Positions 1 to 14,300 of a stretch of DNA of 64,000 nucleotides are shown here, one piece after another (the first letter of the stretch is position 1; each line of letters begins with the position of its first letter). The translations under genes and the position numbers were made by a program. This DNA comes from a virus: positions 40,981 through 104,980 of the IMG/VR virus record IMGVR_UViG_3300029787_000010. One strand, written 5' to 3'. The notes under the pieces are model-generated. The model saw only the letters and a list, made by a program, of their open reading frames with translations. It did no database searches and had not been told where the DNA came from.

Positions 1-558
1 CCCTCCTGCTGACACCGTGTAGTGAAGGATAGCGAGTACGACGGCCTGTTGATTGTTGGCTGGTCCGGGTGCTGACAAAAATGTGTTCGGCACCTGTGGA
101 GTCTCAGTGGCTGGGTCAGCCAGTGTCCCAAACTCGTACATGATGTTGTTATTCGCTCCCATGGCAGCAACATAAATGACGACATACGCTTCTTTGTTGA
201 CTGACGCGTGTGGTGTGGGGAGAGTTCCGACTTTGTTCGTGCTTGTTCCAATGACGGTGCTGGTGTGCGTACCACCCACGCCTCCGCCAAACTGGTAGAC
301 TACCCCGTCAAGGACAGCAAAGCCGCCCGACACAGTGATTGCGCCACCGGAGCCGACTGCTACATGTCCTTCTGTAGAGGAGCCAGTAGCGTTCCGAGTG
401 CCCCCGTATGCCCCATCAGCCACGCGAAGGATGCCATTGCCGTGCAAGCCCTCGTAAGGATTGGTCAACGAGGGACTGGTCAAACCATCGCCATCTCGTA
501 GCCCACTGCCACCAGTGAAGCCTTGAGCAGCGGTGTGTCCGGAGAGTGGATTAGACAT
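1..558 (-). CDS. Tail fibre/baseplate-associated protein, N-terminal part (runs off the window)
   Basis: Not in the ORF track. Manual translation from ATG at 558 (MSNPLSGHTAAQGFTGGSGLRDGDG...ITVSGGFAVLDGVVY...) stays open to base 1. GAGGTGA lies just upstream; Gly/Thr-rich; follows the tail-tip genes. Confidence 0.7.
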   Translation of the reverse strand, partial: MSNPLSGHTAAQGFTGGSGLRDGDGLTSPSLTNPYEGLHGNGILRVADGAYGGTRNATGSSTEGHVAVGSGGAITVSGGFAVLDGVVYQFGGGVGGTHTSTVIGTSTNKVGTLPTPHASVNKEAYVVIYVAAMGANNNIMYEFGTLADPATETPQVPNTFLSAPGPANNQQAVVLAILHYTVSAGG

Positions 559-559
559 T

Positions 560-913
560 TCAGTTCACCTCTATGATAGTAGCGAAACGCAATTCATTAT
601 TTTGCGTTTTGGTCACGGCTCGGTGCGTGTAGCGGAAAAGCACAGTTGTGTCAGTGGAGTCGGCTGGGTTTTGATATTGGACGCACACCTCTTTTAGTGG
701 GATAGTAAATGTAGATGAAAGGGGCACGACTGCCTCTACGAGAAGAGAATGGTCGTCAACGATGCGCACAGTAGGTGTGGCTACAAAAGCGGGCCTCCCT
801 GCGCCTCCGTCTTCACTGGTAGCCAGTGTCCCATCAAATCCAAAGACCACTTGGTTGATGCGGTCTTTCAGCGTGTCAATCAAAAATCGGTTTCCTTCTG
901 TCAGTAGTGGCAT
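560..913 (-). CDS. Small tail/baseplate protein (117 aa)
   Basis: Tightly packed ORF with GGAGAGG upstream; beta-rich; tail-tip context. Confidence 0.6.
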   Translation of the reverse strand: MPLLTEGNRFLIDTLKDRINQVVFGFDGTLATSEDGGAGRPAFVATPTVRIVDDHSLLVEAVVPLSSTFTIPLKEVCVQYQNPADSTDTTVLFRYTHRAVTKTQNNELRFATIIEVN

Positions 914-914
914 A

Positions 915-2348
915 TCATCCTCTCCAAATGGTTATTGGTTTGCGCTTTGGATTCTGTATTTTGAGTAGATTGGCTTGCTCAGTCTTCGGACGAGTGGCTT
1001 TTCCACCTATGATGCTGCGGTCCCCTTGGCCAATGATATAGCCTTCTTGGCGAACCGTTGCAGCAGTGAGTTGCCAGCGAGTGGTAATTTGATAGCGAGC
1101 ACTGGTTCCAAACTCAATCGTCTCCGTCTGCCGACTCTTTTCTTGGCTGGCTTCGCTAAGTTCCACGATGTCATTCTGTTGGAACCGCTGTAGTAAATCA
1201 GCGATACCCGTGTCCATGGATGTGACACGGAGGTCAGTCTTCTTTTGTACAAGGTGGTGGGTGGCTGTCAAGACATTGTAGTTGTCGTTGTCCGTCTGTG
1301 TTTGGTAGCGGATAGCCTCACCCGGCTGAACCGTAGTGGCCCTCACAACCTCGTGCAAAGTAGTAGCACCTTTAGCCCGATTGGCCGCTGCTAAAAACTT
1401 GCGACCAATGGCCCTTGCACTTGCCTTGGACACGGCCGTAGGGGCGTTGATACCACCGGGTACTTCAATGACCCCAGTTTCTTGTGCACTAAAGTCATCA
1501 ATTGTGACGCTATTGCTGTCATTCAACGCTCTCGCTTTTCCACGAACCACGAGCCTATTTGGTAGGTGCTGAGTTTCGCTTTCGGTTTTCCCACCTGTAA
1601 CGGCTACATTGCTGAGATAGTGAGAGCGGTTAGATTGGAGTTGATGTTGGTAAAACAGATTACCAAATCGGTCAGTGATGAGGCGGTGCCCATCATGTCT
1701 GCTCAAGAAGCGCATAGCACTGACACCATCTATGCCATTGAAGTCTTTGGCCACGAAGGTGGTACTGCCACGCTTCCTGCTCACATTGACGGAGTTGAGG
1801 GAAGACGATTGACTGTCGCCAAGGCGTGCAGCAAGGTCGCTTGTTCGCAGTCCTACATTGACTGGCTGTGTTATTTGCACAGTCTTTGCACTCATCCCGA
1901 TGTCCGTCAGCGCCCGACCTTTGAGGTTGGGCACCATGAGTCGTGAGCCTTTAGTGGCCGTCACTACTTGGTCAACAACGAGGTTTTCCTTCGTGTTGGA
2001 ATCACTGGTGACCATGGCCGGCTTCGTCGCACCACTGGACAGTTTGCCGCCTTGGTGAAACACAACGCCCTCATACCGCATGTGCTCAGTCGGCGTGTGC
2101 ACTAAGTCAATGGAGTCGTCCTGCTCAGTCAGCGTGTAAGTGCGCTGGTGAGTAGGTTGAAAGTCACTTTGCTTTGGTTTGGCTACACTACGCTTGGACG
2201 CAGTCTGCGTGTAGATACCGTGGCGAACAGCATTGTCCACAAACTTAGGCTTGCGGATGCGCTTCATGACCGTAGGCTGGGCTGCATCACTTCGCCCGGT
2301 GTTGGTGTTCTTTGCGACCGCCATGTTATCACTCCGTACTGTGGTCAC
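915..2348 (-). CDS. Baseplate hub/Tal-like tail-tip protein (probable start ATG near 2324)
   Basis: Segments 'GVSAMRFLSRHDGHRLITDRFGNLFY', 'NRLVVRG' and 'VQPGEAIRY...YNVLTATH' follow the pattern of hub (gp27/gpD-like) folds; position in the tail-tip module. Confidence 0.55.
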   Translation of the reverse strand: MTTVRSDNMAVAKNTNTGRSDAAQPTVMKRIRKPKFVDNAVRHGIYTQTASKRSVAKPKQSDFQPTHQRTYTLTEQDDSIDLVHTPTEHMRYEGVVFHQGGKLSSGATKPAMVTSDSNTKENLVVDQVVTATKGSRLMVPNLKGRALTDIGMSAKTVQITQPVNVGLRTSDLAARLGDSQSSSLNSVNVSRKRGSTTFVAKDFNGIDGVSAMRFLSRHDGHRLITDRFGNLFYQHQLQSNRSHYLSNVAVTGGKTESETQHLPNRLVVRGKARALNDSNSVTIDDFSAQETGVIEVPGGINAPTAVSKASARAIGRKFLAAANRAKGATTLHEVVRATTVQPGEAIRYQTQTDNDNYNVLTATHHLVQKKTDLRVTSMDTGIADLLQRFQQNDIVELSEASQEKSRQTETIEFGTSARYQITTRWQLTAATVRQEGYIIGQGDRSIIGGKATRPKTEQANLLKIQNPKRKPITIWRG

Positions 2349-5300
2349 CCGTGTTGAAGTTCGTATCGCCGTCTGCGCCCTTGGGGTGCAACGATTGACT
2401 GTAGCGAGGCTCTACCGAAAAGTCTTCCTTTCGTGCAGCGTCGCTGCGGAAATGTTCCAAGGTGTTCTCACTCATGACAATGCGGGCCACTGGATTGGTA
2501 ATGTCAGTCTTGTCATAGCCCGTCACATCCACACCCAAAATTTTGGGTCCGTTGCTGTCCGAAGCAGTGACACTCGTGTTGGGAGCGATGCTGTAGACCG
2601 GTGAATATGGAGGACTGCTGGGCGTACCTGTCCGTGCGGACGGGGCATCACTGGTGTAGATACCGTACTTACCTCCACCTGTAGCGAGGTAGAAGTTGCT
2701 GCCGTCTTGAGGGCTGCCCGTCTTGAGCATACGCTTACCACGGAACAACTGGGCATGATGCTTGTCCAGCGTGCGCACAGGGCGCACAAGGAACTCAATG
2801 CGACTGTCGGAGACATTGGTCTTGCCGTCAGTCGGGTCATGGTTAGCGTCTTGATATGGATTGGATGTAGAAGCAGTGTTAGCCTTGCCCCAACCCTCGT
2901 CGGAAAGTGCACCTTGTCGCACTGACCAATCCATGATGTAGGTGCCACCAAGACTCCACATGCTGTGAGCATCCGAGATTTTCAAAATACCCTTGACAGG
3001 CTGGGCTGACCAACTGAGGGCTGTCATGTCCAAGTGACCAAGAGTCTGTGAGCCGACATCCTTTGCACCACGCAGCGTGATTCGCTGACCGACGCTTCGG
3101 TTGCTGTGTAGACTATGTGCCTCAGTTGACATAATGATGTACTCTTGACTTTCACCGTCGTTGAGTTCACTCATTGTGTCCACATCAAGTCCTATACGCA
3201 CACCGTCTGCACCTACAGGGTCAGTCATATCTGTGTTAGCACTGACTGTTTCAATGCTCTCACTGACCATGGCCTCGGGCTTGAGAAGGCCTTCTTCGCT
3301 GTCCAGTTCCAACCTCGCGCTGATACCACGCTCAATCTCCTCCGCTTGAAGCACATCGTTGCGTGGACGATTGAGTCCTTTACCAATAGTCGGCTCACTT
3401 GTCGGCTGTGAGAGGACGAGGCCGGTTGGCTCAATTGATTCGGACACATCCATTAGCAGACTTTCATTGAAATGCGTGGGCCAGCGCACACCACGACCGT
3501 CTCCACGGTCGCCGACACGCATGGAGTTAGCCGGATTGAACCAATCCACCGTACCCATGTCTGTAGCATCGTTGTTGACTGTGTTGCTGTTGCCGCTTTG
3601 ACGGTCGTCGTAGGATGCAAACAAACCTCGGTTGGCAGGTCGGTCATTACGACCGCCGTCTGTGTAAGCGTTCTCCGGGTCCCACGCAGGACTGATGCCG
3701 AAGCCACGGACAGGGAACCGGCGAACATCCTCACCACGAGTGTTGCCCCACCAGTCTACAAGGTAGTAACGATGAGCGTTAGCAAGTTCGTAAATCTCCT
3801 TGCCAGCAGCATCTCCTGCGTACATTTTCCGGACAGTAGACGGGTTGCGTAGAACACGCACAGGGCAGCCAAACGGCTTTGTCATTCGGCGACCGTCGCT
3901 GTAGCGAACCTGTCGCCCGAGTTGGTCTTCGTTGAACAACGCACTGATTTGCGTCAGTCGTTCAAGAATACCCGCGTAAGACGCTGGGTAATCTGTACCG
4001 GCCTTCCAGCCGTCCGTCTTGCTATCCTGTTGTACAAACGGCCCGTGGTAGTAACCAAGCAATGCGTTGCTGTTAGCCACTTCCAAGTAGCCCCGAACAT
4101 ACGGTGACCAACGAGGGCGATTCATTGGTTGACGCACAGCCATGCGGTAGCCAAAGCAGTAGTTACGAGCATCGTCGGAATCGCTGGTCATTTGTGCATA
4201 GGTACGCTCATCTACACCACTATTGTCACGGAAACTTACACAGTCCACTCCGAACAACTTGCCACCCCAACCAATCAGCGCCTCAAGGAATCCGTCAAGG
4301 CGACTGGAACCAGCGCCGCCACGAGAGCCGCCGGGCCAATAGCCTGCAAAGTTGAACTTGTCCGAGCCGATTGTCCCACCTTGATGTGAAAGTGCCGATG
4401 TGGCGTCCAGTTGACTGGCAGTGAAAATGGCTCCAGTGCCACCTACGGAACTGGTGGTAGAAATGCTGATTTCCATTATTGGGAAACGGTTAGTGGTGCT
4501 GGCTCCGTCTACTCCGTTGACCGTCGCTGGACTTGGATTGTTGGACATTTTGCTGTCATCAATGACACCCCAAAGTGTTGAAACATAGAGTTTGGTCCCA
4601 TCGTCACTCCAGTCAATACCTGAAACCCAAGGGGTGGTATCACTGCCGGACTGAGAAACCGAAGCAGATTTGTTAAGGAAGTAAGTACGCAAGTCAAGTG
4701 TCACATCCAAACTGGAAGTAGAGGTGTCATAAGGTGTAGACAAAGTGTACTCTCGTACATAGCCGGACGCTCCACTCAGCCACATTTTAGTCCCGTCCGA
4801 GTTGAACAATATGTCGCTGATTGTACTTGCGCTGATTGACGCTGATGTACCTTCGGTATCGCCACTGGCCACGATGTAGGGGCTGGCAGTGGAGAATTGA
4901 CGAAGAGTAGAAGCATACCCTACGAAATACTTGGTACCGTCTCCGTTCCAAGCGGCGGCACGAATACCTGTTTGGCTTGACAAATTCTTACTACCGGTGA
5001 AAGTAAAGGTGCTTGACACATCAAATGCGGATGCGAGTGTTGCACTTCGTATGCCGCCGCCATGGAAATCTGTGACAATCATCTTTGTGCCACTGGGGTC
5101 AATATCAAATCCGTCACAACTGTTGAGGTCCGAATCTCCAAGGCCCGCACTCTGTTGGTCGTAAAGTCCGTCAGTATTGGCAATGTCAATTTTAGAGAAA
5201 AATACATTGTCAGTATCGTAATCGTTATTGTTACCACGGTTAGAAACAATGATGTCGTCCCCAACTACGCGCATACCTGTCAACCATGTAGTCGTGGCAT

Positions 5301-8300
5301 GAATTTGTTGGAAGTTGATACCTTTGCGGTTAGCCGTCGTCCCTACTGAATCGGACACTGCTTGTAGTGAATATGAAATGGTTTCTTCATAGGGCGGCTT
5401 CAACCAGTTCATGCCAAGTGCAAACGGACCTTTGGAAGCAGCGTAAAAGAAATCATTGTAATGGACTGTTTCATAGTGCTCGGGGATGTTATTCAGTCCT
5501 TTCTTGAGTACAGGGCTGTCCACATCACCTGCTTTTGTGTAGAATGAACGGGAACCATCGTCCGAATAGTAGGTGAATGGTCGTCCGAGATTGGGGTGCC
5601 ACATACACAGGAACGCATCGGGAAGATGAAGACTGTTTGTATCACGAGTACCAGTGTAAGTTTGTAAGAGGTTACGAGTGACTATGCTCTTATTTGAATC
5701 AGTGTAGATTTCATCAGCGAACCGGTTAGCATAAGGCCCGGTCAATTTGACGATAGTGCCCGAACCACTGACAGTCAAGTTAGTCCAAAAGTTCGGAGTG
5801 ATGTTGACCACTCCAGCAAATTGCACAGGGGAGCCAAGTGTCGCGTGAGCCAATGTGCCCACACGGTGCGTGTAAGTAGCCAATTGCCTTTCTCCATTGG
5901 AGTCTATATATTCCAATTGCTCTCCGTAATACGGGTCTACTGGGAACAACTCAGCGTTAGTCACTGTGATTGTTTTAGCAGAATCGTCTTTCGCAGTAGC
6001 ACGGGTGTTGGGATTGAGTGAGCGTATTCGGAAATGCTCAGCGTAGATGTCGGGGTAGCAAGTGGGGTAGCCTGCCAATGTAATCTGTGCACCAACAGCG
6101 CCGAATGTAGCCCTGTTCAATTGATAGTAATGGTCGGGAGTGTGCCATTCTAAATGACGGAAGTATGTCGCTGCTGCCGCTCTTGCGCCGTCTTTGTGCA
6201 ACTGTGCCCACCAAGGTACAGTGATGGTGAAGCCGGGCGTGGTTTCTACGAACATGTTCGGGTGGTATGGTAGCGAACGACGACTGAATGCGGGTGAAGC
6301 AGACTCCTCTACGCCCAAGGGATTGTAGAGAGCAAGAGGTGGAAGGTTGGTGAATTGACTACCTGCATCGGGCTCAATGTCCAACATCAGTTCGTTAAGA
6401 AGTATTTCACAACCACGCACATCGGCCATGGTAGCCTCAGCAAGAACAAGTGTGTAGCCGCCGTCTCCACTCGTAGAGTGCTCAATAGCGATGACCGTGT
6501 TGACCTGTTGACCCGTGAGTTCAATAACAGACCCATCGGGCACATTGTTAGCAGGCCCGTTCCGGTGATAGCCATTGAATTGTTGCTTAAACAAATTTGG
6601 CTGAATAACAATTTGGTAAGCACCTACTTCCATAGGGTCGGGGAAGTGATTGTTTTGAGTGTAAGTTCCAGCAGCCTCCAGCACAATGCTATGGCCACCT
6701 GTCTTATTGGCATCTATAGAAGCAGCAATACCGTAGCCTTCAAACTTCAATTTTGTCTCTGTGAGCAAGGTGAATGCGCCGCCGTGGATGTCCGATGGAG
6801 AAACGGATGCAGTTGGGCCGGAGAACCAAATCAAGGGGTCACGATGAGGGCGCTTTCCTTCGTCACTGAACTCTTCTTCAACTGAAATAACCGATGCTGC
6901 GGAAGCGGCCCTGTGCAAATCATACAGTCGTTGATACGCAGGATGAGCGTAATGGCCCGGCATCATTGCCATGGTGGCGTTGACATAATGGTGACCCATG
7001 CGAGGGATTGGCATCGGTGTCAATTTAGGTGTACCCAATTGTGTCATTGGAGTGGTACCGACATTTGGCCAATCAATGGTAGGCATGTCCGGGCTGGCAC
7101 CGCTGTACTCTGCATGGTCACGCAGACGGCGAGCGGCAAAGAATCGGGTGCTACCGGCTGGCATGTAGTACGATGGGACAACCTTGAGTCCAGTCTTCCC
7201 AGCCACGAATGACGAGAAGTCGGGACTGTAGACGACGCCTGTGAACTTGTTTGTCCCCACCCCCGTATACGAAGCGATGACGCCTTTATCGGTCGTCGGG
7301 TCATAAACGCGCAGGAAATACCGACCGCTACTTTGCTCGTTTGAATCTGTCCATGTAGCCGCTTCGGGTGTAGACCCGACGGTGATTTCTGTACCGCTGA
7401 AACTGGAGTAGGTCAGTTCGTCAACATCGTACCGATGCGTCATGGTCGCACCCATTTTTGTCACATGGAAGTGCAGGGCACGGTCGTGTGGCTCATAGGC
7501 TGTCTTGAGAGAAGCGTTATCCGTATGTTGCTGCCAGCCCTGCGTTGAACTGTTAGGGAACGCAAGTCGGTCATTACTTACATCTGACCCATCTTGAGAA
7601 AGGTGTTCCCACCCATTGTTCTCCCAAGTTGGCCAAAGGCGAGGACCGGTGTAGGTATCAGCAAAGGTGTCCTTGACAGCCCCTTCTCCCTGCAACGGGT
7701 GCATAATACCGCCAGCCCCCATCGTTTCGGTTTGGTAGCCCTGTATTCGGTCAAATCCGGGTCGCACGATGATGTTGCCCGGAATCTCGTTCGCAAGTGG
7801 TAGACGGATGCGCATGTTTGGTGAGACACCGTCACCGGCAAGCGAAGGGGCCAAGCCCTCAAGGTCCCGGTCGCTGACATGTCGGAAGTCATAGATGATG
7901 GTACCCAGTGGACTACCTCCTTCTAACCGGTGCTCTTGCCCTGTATCGTCAACGACCTGTAAACTTCGGAACTGCAATTCTTCGTTGGGTATGTTGAGTG
8001 CACTTTCTACAAGTGGATAGTTCAGTTCCAATTGCGGATGGCTCAATTCTTGCGCTTGGATAAGTGGCATCATGGCTTTATTTGTGGTTTCAAAAGAAAA
8101 CCGATTGTTACCAAGGACTTTTTCACCCACTGTTTTGTAAGTTGAGGAGTCTTTGCGCACGACCCATGGTGTCATGCCCAGTCCACGAGCGTTGCTGGCA
8201 GGAAGCGTGAGGTTGCCACCGTCCATTCGCTTCCAAACGACATGTTCTTCAAGGAAATTACGAGCAGCCTGTCGCCCGTTGTAATACTTGTACAGACCTT

Positions 8301-11300
8301 CACTTGTGCTGTAATACTGTATTTTGGTTGTCACACCCGTACACTCAACTCCATAGGTTGCACTGTCTTCGTGATTGGCGCGTGCCGGTACGATTGACTT
8401 ATCCCAAAACAAATCACCTGTCGGACTGTGACAGGCATCGCCGCGACTAATGTGAGAAGCGGCTGTGACTCGTGAATGCCAGTAGGCTTCCGTGCCGACC
8501 GCTGGATAGGAGGTGGCTTTTTGTGGGAAAGAAGTTGTTGTATTGACCATAGTAGCCTCAATGTGAGGCCCGGCAGTAGCGTGTGAAACATAGCGGTCTT
8601 TGTTGTGTACCTTACCAGTGTTCCAAGCAACCGTGCCAGCATTAGCAAGCGTGGCACTTCGTTTCACATCCAACCAGTCCCCCATGGCAATAATGCCGTC
8701 TCGGTCGGTCTTTGCGATGAGTGGCAATTCGCTTTCGTGCGTCACAGCAATCAAGTGTCGGGAAGCAAGACCATGAACGCAACTTTCCGATGACAAAGTA
8801 GTGATGGTGTCTATAGAGCCATGAGGGGAAACGCTGCCTATACAAGACTCTGCACTACCGTATGGAGAGAACCCTAAGAATGGGTGCCATGCACCGAGTC
8901 CGGCAGCAAAGGTGGAGGTAGTGCCTACTTCCAATGAGTTGAGATATGAGTATCGTTCACCTGCCCAACCTACTGCGCCAATCGGTTTCGTGCGGTCAAC
9001 GGCGTCCATAAGTCCGTTGAAGTGCACTTGTGTACGCTCATTGATTGATTCATTGGAATTGTCGTAGCGATGCGTACCAGCCTTGGTCCACACATACACT
9101 TTGACATTTGGACCATTGAATGTTGCAGAAGGTATGGCTGCCTTTGAAACTGGGTTGACAATGTTACTGTTGGAGGTAATCGTATTGACACCAAGCGTAA
9201 AAGTAGCGCCTGTGTACGAAACATAGGGTGCAAACCCACTGACTGCTCCATCGCTAACTCTTAGCCAGCCGTATTGAGGTAGTGTGGTAGGAATGGCAGA
9301 TGTCACTGTAAGGGTCGCCGCAGTTGGTCCGGAAGCATGTTCAGTGTAACCTGTGTTTTGAACTGCATCCAGTGTCACCCAACCGTAGCGGTCTTGCTTT
9401 GCAGCGTGCTGCATAGACGGTAAGAAGGTTCCACCAATCGCTTTCAATGGTTCAGTACCGGGGAAAGTGTTGATGGATGTAGCGACAACAGCCGCTAACT
9501 CTTCTGCATTTTGGCAACGCGTGGCATCAATGATGAAAATGTTATCAGTGTGGTCCATAGCGGCTTCGGAACCGTAAGTGCCAAGGTATGCTTTGGCCAA
9601 AGCAGAAGCAACACGGAACACCGACGGGTTTTGTGATGTGCCCGAACCTGTTGCCAATCGCTGGGTGGATTTAGGATGCTTGATGTTACGGATGATATGG
9701 TTGTCCAAGAAATGCCCACCGGGATGGTAGCCGCCGTCCATGTGCCAAACACAGCCACTGGCATGCGTTGTCGGCAAAGAAGCGTGCCCCATCGCCACAC
9801 CGGCAACATTGGTGAAAACTTCATTCATCAAATGAGCGTTTGCTGGAGGACTTGATGCTCCTAATTGACTTTGATAATAGCGCCCTTCTCCTGCACTTTG
9901 ACCGTAATAAGTGGCGTTGGGTGAACCTTTAGTCGGCTCCCAATTTAAAATGAAATTGAAACCTTGGACATTGGTCTTTTGGTATTCTTTTGCAGGAGGT
10001 AACCTTGCTCCGAAGCCTTGGATAGAAGCATCTCCGTGCGTGATGATGTTTGGAAGAAGAGAAAGACCCGACACTGGGTGATTTGTGGGTACAGCACTGT
10101 AGCCGTTACCTGTTTCAATGATGTTTGAAAGTTGGGGCTCAAAGGAAGCAAAGTTGTGAGGCACGGCTTGACCCGGTCCAAAGACGAGATAGGTGGTAGA
10201 ATCGTCCGCTTGTGGCGTAGAGTCATAACGGGCATGAGGATGTCCAAAGCGTATGACAATGGGGCTTGGACGAGCGCAATTCACAGTGAATCCTCCTCCA
10301 GCATAAGTGACACCAGTAGATGATGCATTGGTGTTGTTCCCCGCATCCAAGTCCGGACTTAGCATAGCGTCTTGATTGAAGAACGGCATGTGATTGCGAC
10401 CGTTATGTTGGTTGAGGTAAGGTGTTCCGGGGAACATAGCCAGCATAGCGTTAGCGTCAAGTAATGCGTACGAACCTGCAACCTCACCTACATTTTGCAT
10501 TCCACTCGCACCTGTTGGTCCATCGGCGTACGGATGCGTGTAAAACTCCGAGTAGTCATTTTCTGTACCGTCGTTGATGTCTACGGTCACGCCCGAGAAA
10601 CCGCCGCCAAAGTACAGAGGTACCCACCGGTCGGGACTGGGCTTACCCCCACGGAAGTAAAGGAAAGGCTCCCCGTGTTTACTTCCCTTCGTACGAATGC
10701 CTTGCAGGTATCTACTCTTCGCAATGCTGTTTTGCTTTACCAGTATGTCTCCTGCCACAGCAGTTGTCAAAAAGTCGTCGGAATGAGAAACTATGGTTGC
10801 GTGGTAATGAGAAGTTGAGCCAGCGGTGCTTTGCACACGAGCCCAGTTTTCTTCACCTAACCAAAGTACAACTTGGTTCCCCCATGAGTTACTGTCATTT
10901 GAGGCCGGCGTTAATGCCAAGAACAGTAACTCGTTATTGCTATTATCTGTTTCAATGTGAGGAGTACCAGTGTTGATAGTGGCGATTTCAATCATTGGTG
11001 AGTTGACCATGGGTATGATTCGGTCGCCGGGCAACCTGTAGAAGTTATCTCCACGCAAATTTTGACGCCACAAATCAGTGCTGACAATGTTGTTTTGACT
11101 GTTGACCAAAACTGGAGTAGCCGTGTTAGCGTTTGGACCTCGGAACTTGGTGGTAATCGTCAACAGCGTCTTTGGTAAGTAGCCACAATCAATGCGCATA
11201 CTGTCGTTGATTTGACTTGCACTCAAATCAGCATCAGCGACAGAGGCTTGAATACCCAAGTCGGGGGTCAATGAAGACTCAAAGAGATGGTTAAGTGGTA

Positions 11301-14300
11301 CGACACGGTCTTTGGAACTGTAGGCTTTGATTCGCACAGCGCCGGGCTTTACGCCCCACTCACCCAAAGTGCGCCCGTCGGGAGCGTAGAGTCCAGTGCA
11401 ATCAAAGGTAGTGGCTGCCACATCGTCTGTGTTGGGGTCATCCATGTTGATGGCAAAGTTGACGGCCGCTGCCATCACTTCGTCTGTTAAAACACAAGTG
11501 AAATTGATACGAGGGCTCATGATACGAGTCACTTTTCCACTTTGATAATTGGACCCTATATTCTTGACACCATACAAAAAGTGCTCATTGGACCCGCCAA
11601 TACCAGCCTTACCCTCATGTGAACGAGAAGTATAGTAGTAGACTTCACCATTGTTGCCCGAGCCCATGTCATTCAACTGAATCAGCCCACTGTCCGGCAG
11701 TCCGAGATAACCAAGAATATCTGTGTGCGTGAACGAACCACCATTGTCGTATGGCGAAGCGAGCGTGAACTTCAAGTTGTCATTTGAGCCGTCCTTTTCA
11801 ACGGAGATGGAAATGCCCACAGCAGGAGAATTGTAGTTGTTCCAAAGGTTGCCCTTGAACGACGACTTCGTCCCTGCTGTATAACGCCCGTTGACATCAC
11901 CTTTCCCGGCCATGTGCTTACCGACAGTGAATCCGCCCTGCCCAACATCTCGGTCATCAAAGTAAATGACAATTTCATCGTCAAGTGTTTCGGGGAGATG
12001 TGTCAAGTCGCCTGCAAAAGCCTCGCCAAACTGCCTGTACACGAAGCGTACAGTGTGAGACTTACCACGATGGTCAGCGAGTCGGATGCCGTACATTTGC
12101 CCATCACCAATTTTGTCGGGGCGTATCTCATCGTCGGGGATGTAGGAACCAGCCAACTGATTGACCAAGCCATGCTGCTTTGTCCCAATGTGCTCGTTGT
12201 CTCCGTAGATGTGGTCAAAGCGGACATTTTCCCCATCGGGACCATAACCCCAGCGACTACAATCGGGTGCCCATCCGGGTATGCCAGCCTGTGTCAATCC
12301 GCCAAAATTGATGCGACCAATCGCCTGTGACCCTACTCGGAGTCCGTTGACGATGACTTGACCACTTGCTTTGGGCTCAAAGTTTGAATCAACAACTGTG
12401 TTAGCACTGCGCCCAGTAGCGTGCTCAGTGGTTGATTCTGTGTTGAGGGAAACGCTGCTTTGAATCTCGGGACCAAAGTCCAAGTTGTTTCGGTATTCGT
12501 CCGAAGTTTGCTCAACAGGAAGGTATTCTCGTAGCGTGGTGATGGGAGCAAACGGGCGACCGAGACGGTTAATTGGCATAGGTGCAGGGTGCATATTTTC
12601 GCCATCCTTTTCATTTGGTTGACACCAATAGTTGCGGAAGCGGCCACCATGCCCAATCAAAAATTCCGGACGATAAGGCGTCTGTGCACGGGATGCGTCT
12701 AACCACACACAGAAGTTGCGACCGGATGCACCGGGAACCGTTGAGTGGATGACAACAGAATAGCCTTCTTTCCCATCTTCATCAGTGACAATGCGTCCCA
12801 AATGTGCTCGCATGTAGCCCATATGACTACCACGGTCATGGCTACCAAACGCTGTGTCTTTGTTCCAAAACGGAGCAGGGTCATGAGTTGAGCCCGTAGC
12901 CGCAAAGTCAGCGCGCTGATGTCTTGCTGCTGGGTCTTTGATACGCCCTGTGTTGACAGAAGTCTCACCCTTACCCAAATCAAACCGCTCACCTTCACCC
13001 AAATACTGGTCCGCTGGACGCCGTGCGTGAGTGCGTCCGTTCTTAGCACCTGCTTGATTGATGAGTCGGACCACCTCTTTTGCGGCTGCCTCAATATCAG
13101 TTACACCTTCTTTGACACCAACCTCGCCTAAATCAATAACAAGGCGGCGAACGAAGTCCATGTTCGTCCAATGCGGGAGATGCTGGAGGCGGTCCTCTTC
13201 GTGAGTGGATAAATCAAGTGTAGATGAACGAATGCCCTTCATTGACAAGAATGCAGGAATGACTCTCGTCCCATCGGGGGTATCAAAGAATGTAGCCTGC
13301 TCAGTAGTGTCTTTGAGCATTTGCTGATGCAAAGTGTTGGCCTCGGATGTATCAACCGTGGCGTCTTGAGTTCGTGGCATGATTGAACTGACTTGAGGGG
13401 TTTGCTCATGATAACCAGTTGCGTGGCTACCTATCGCTACATTTGCGTTCCAAGTGCTGTTATGCGACATTGACGCTTCTACAAATTCGGACGACGCACT
13501 GCTTGCCAAGTTCTTGTTTTGTGAGGCGAACCCTGCTGCGACATCAATTCCGGAGTTTCGCTTGTCATTGTCGTGGGCCCCGGAACCTTCGTTGTCAGTG
13601 CCAATTTTGACAGCGGCTGGACTTGACTGAACTTGCATGTGCAAATCTTGGAACGCTATGAACTCCCGGTCATGAGCGACATCGTAAAGCAATACCCTCG
13701 CATGCTCTTCTGTAGACTGGTATGGGTCAAGGTATGCTACGACAGGTATAGCAGATGACAAACCGAGTGATTCATAATTCATCTCAATCGTTTTATTCAC
13801 ATGCTGTACGAAATTGCGAGCCGTTTCCAAACAAGAGTTCCCAATCAAAAAGTTCTCCAATGGTAGACTGCTACGAGGTATAGTAGCAAGGTCGCCCTCT
13901 CCACCAAGGAATCCTTCCCACACCTCGCCTTCATTCAATGTTCCACGACTCTTGCAGAAAAGGCCTTCCGTGGCGTGAGGGTTCGTGTAGTGCATGTTCA
14001 TCCACACAGTGTCACCAGCACGCAGTCCACCCGGACAATACGGATTTGCCCAAGCCGTATTGAGGAAATAGTTGGTATTCACCTCGGGGAAAATAGATGT
14101 CGTAGTGTGCACATCTATGAGTGTGATTTCAGTCCCAACTGGAGGATTAAAGCCCGAATCAATTGAAACCAGTGCTAATGAATTACCAGTGCGAGTGTTG
14201 TAATGAGCATGTTTAAAGGCACTTGCGGTGGTATCATAGTACCTTACACGGTAAGCATAATTGGAGTTAGCAGTTATGTCAAGAGGGAAATCCGACCCGT

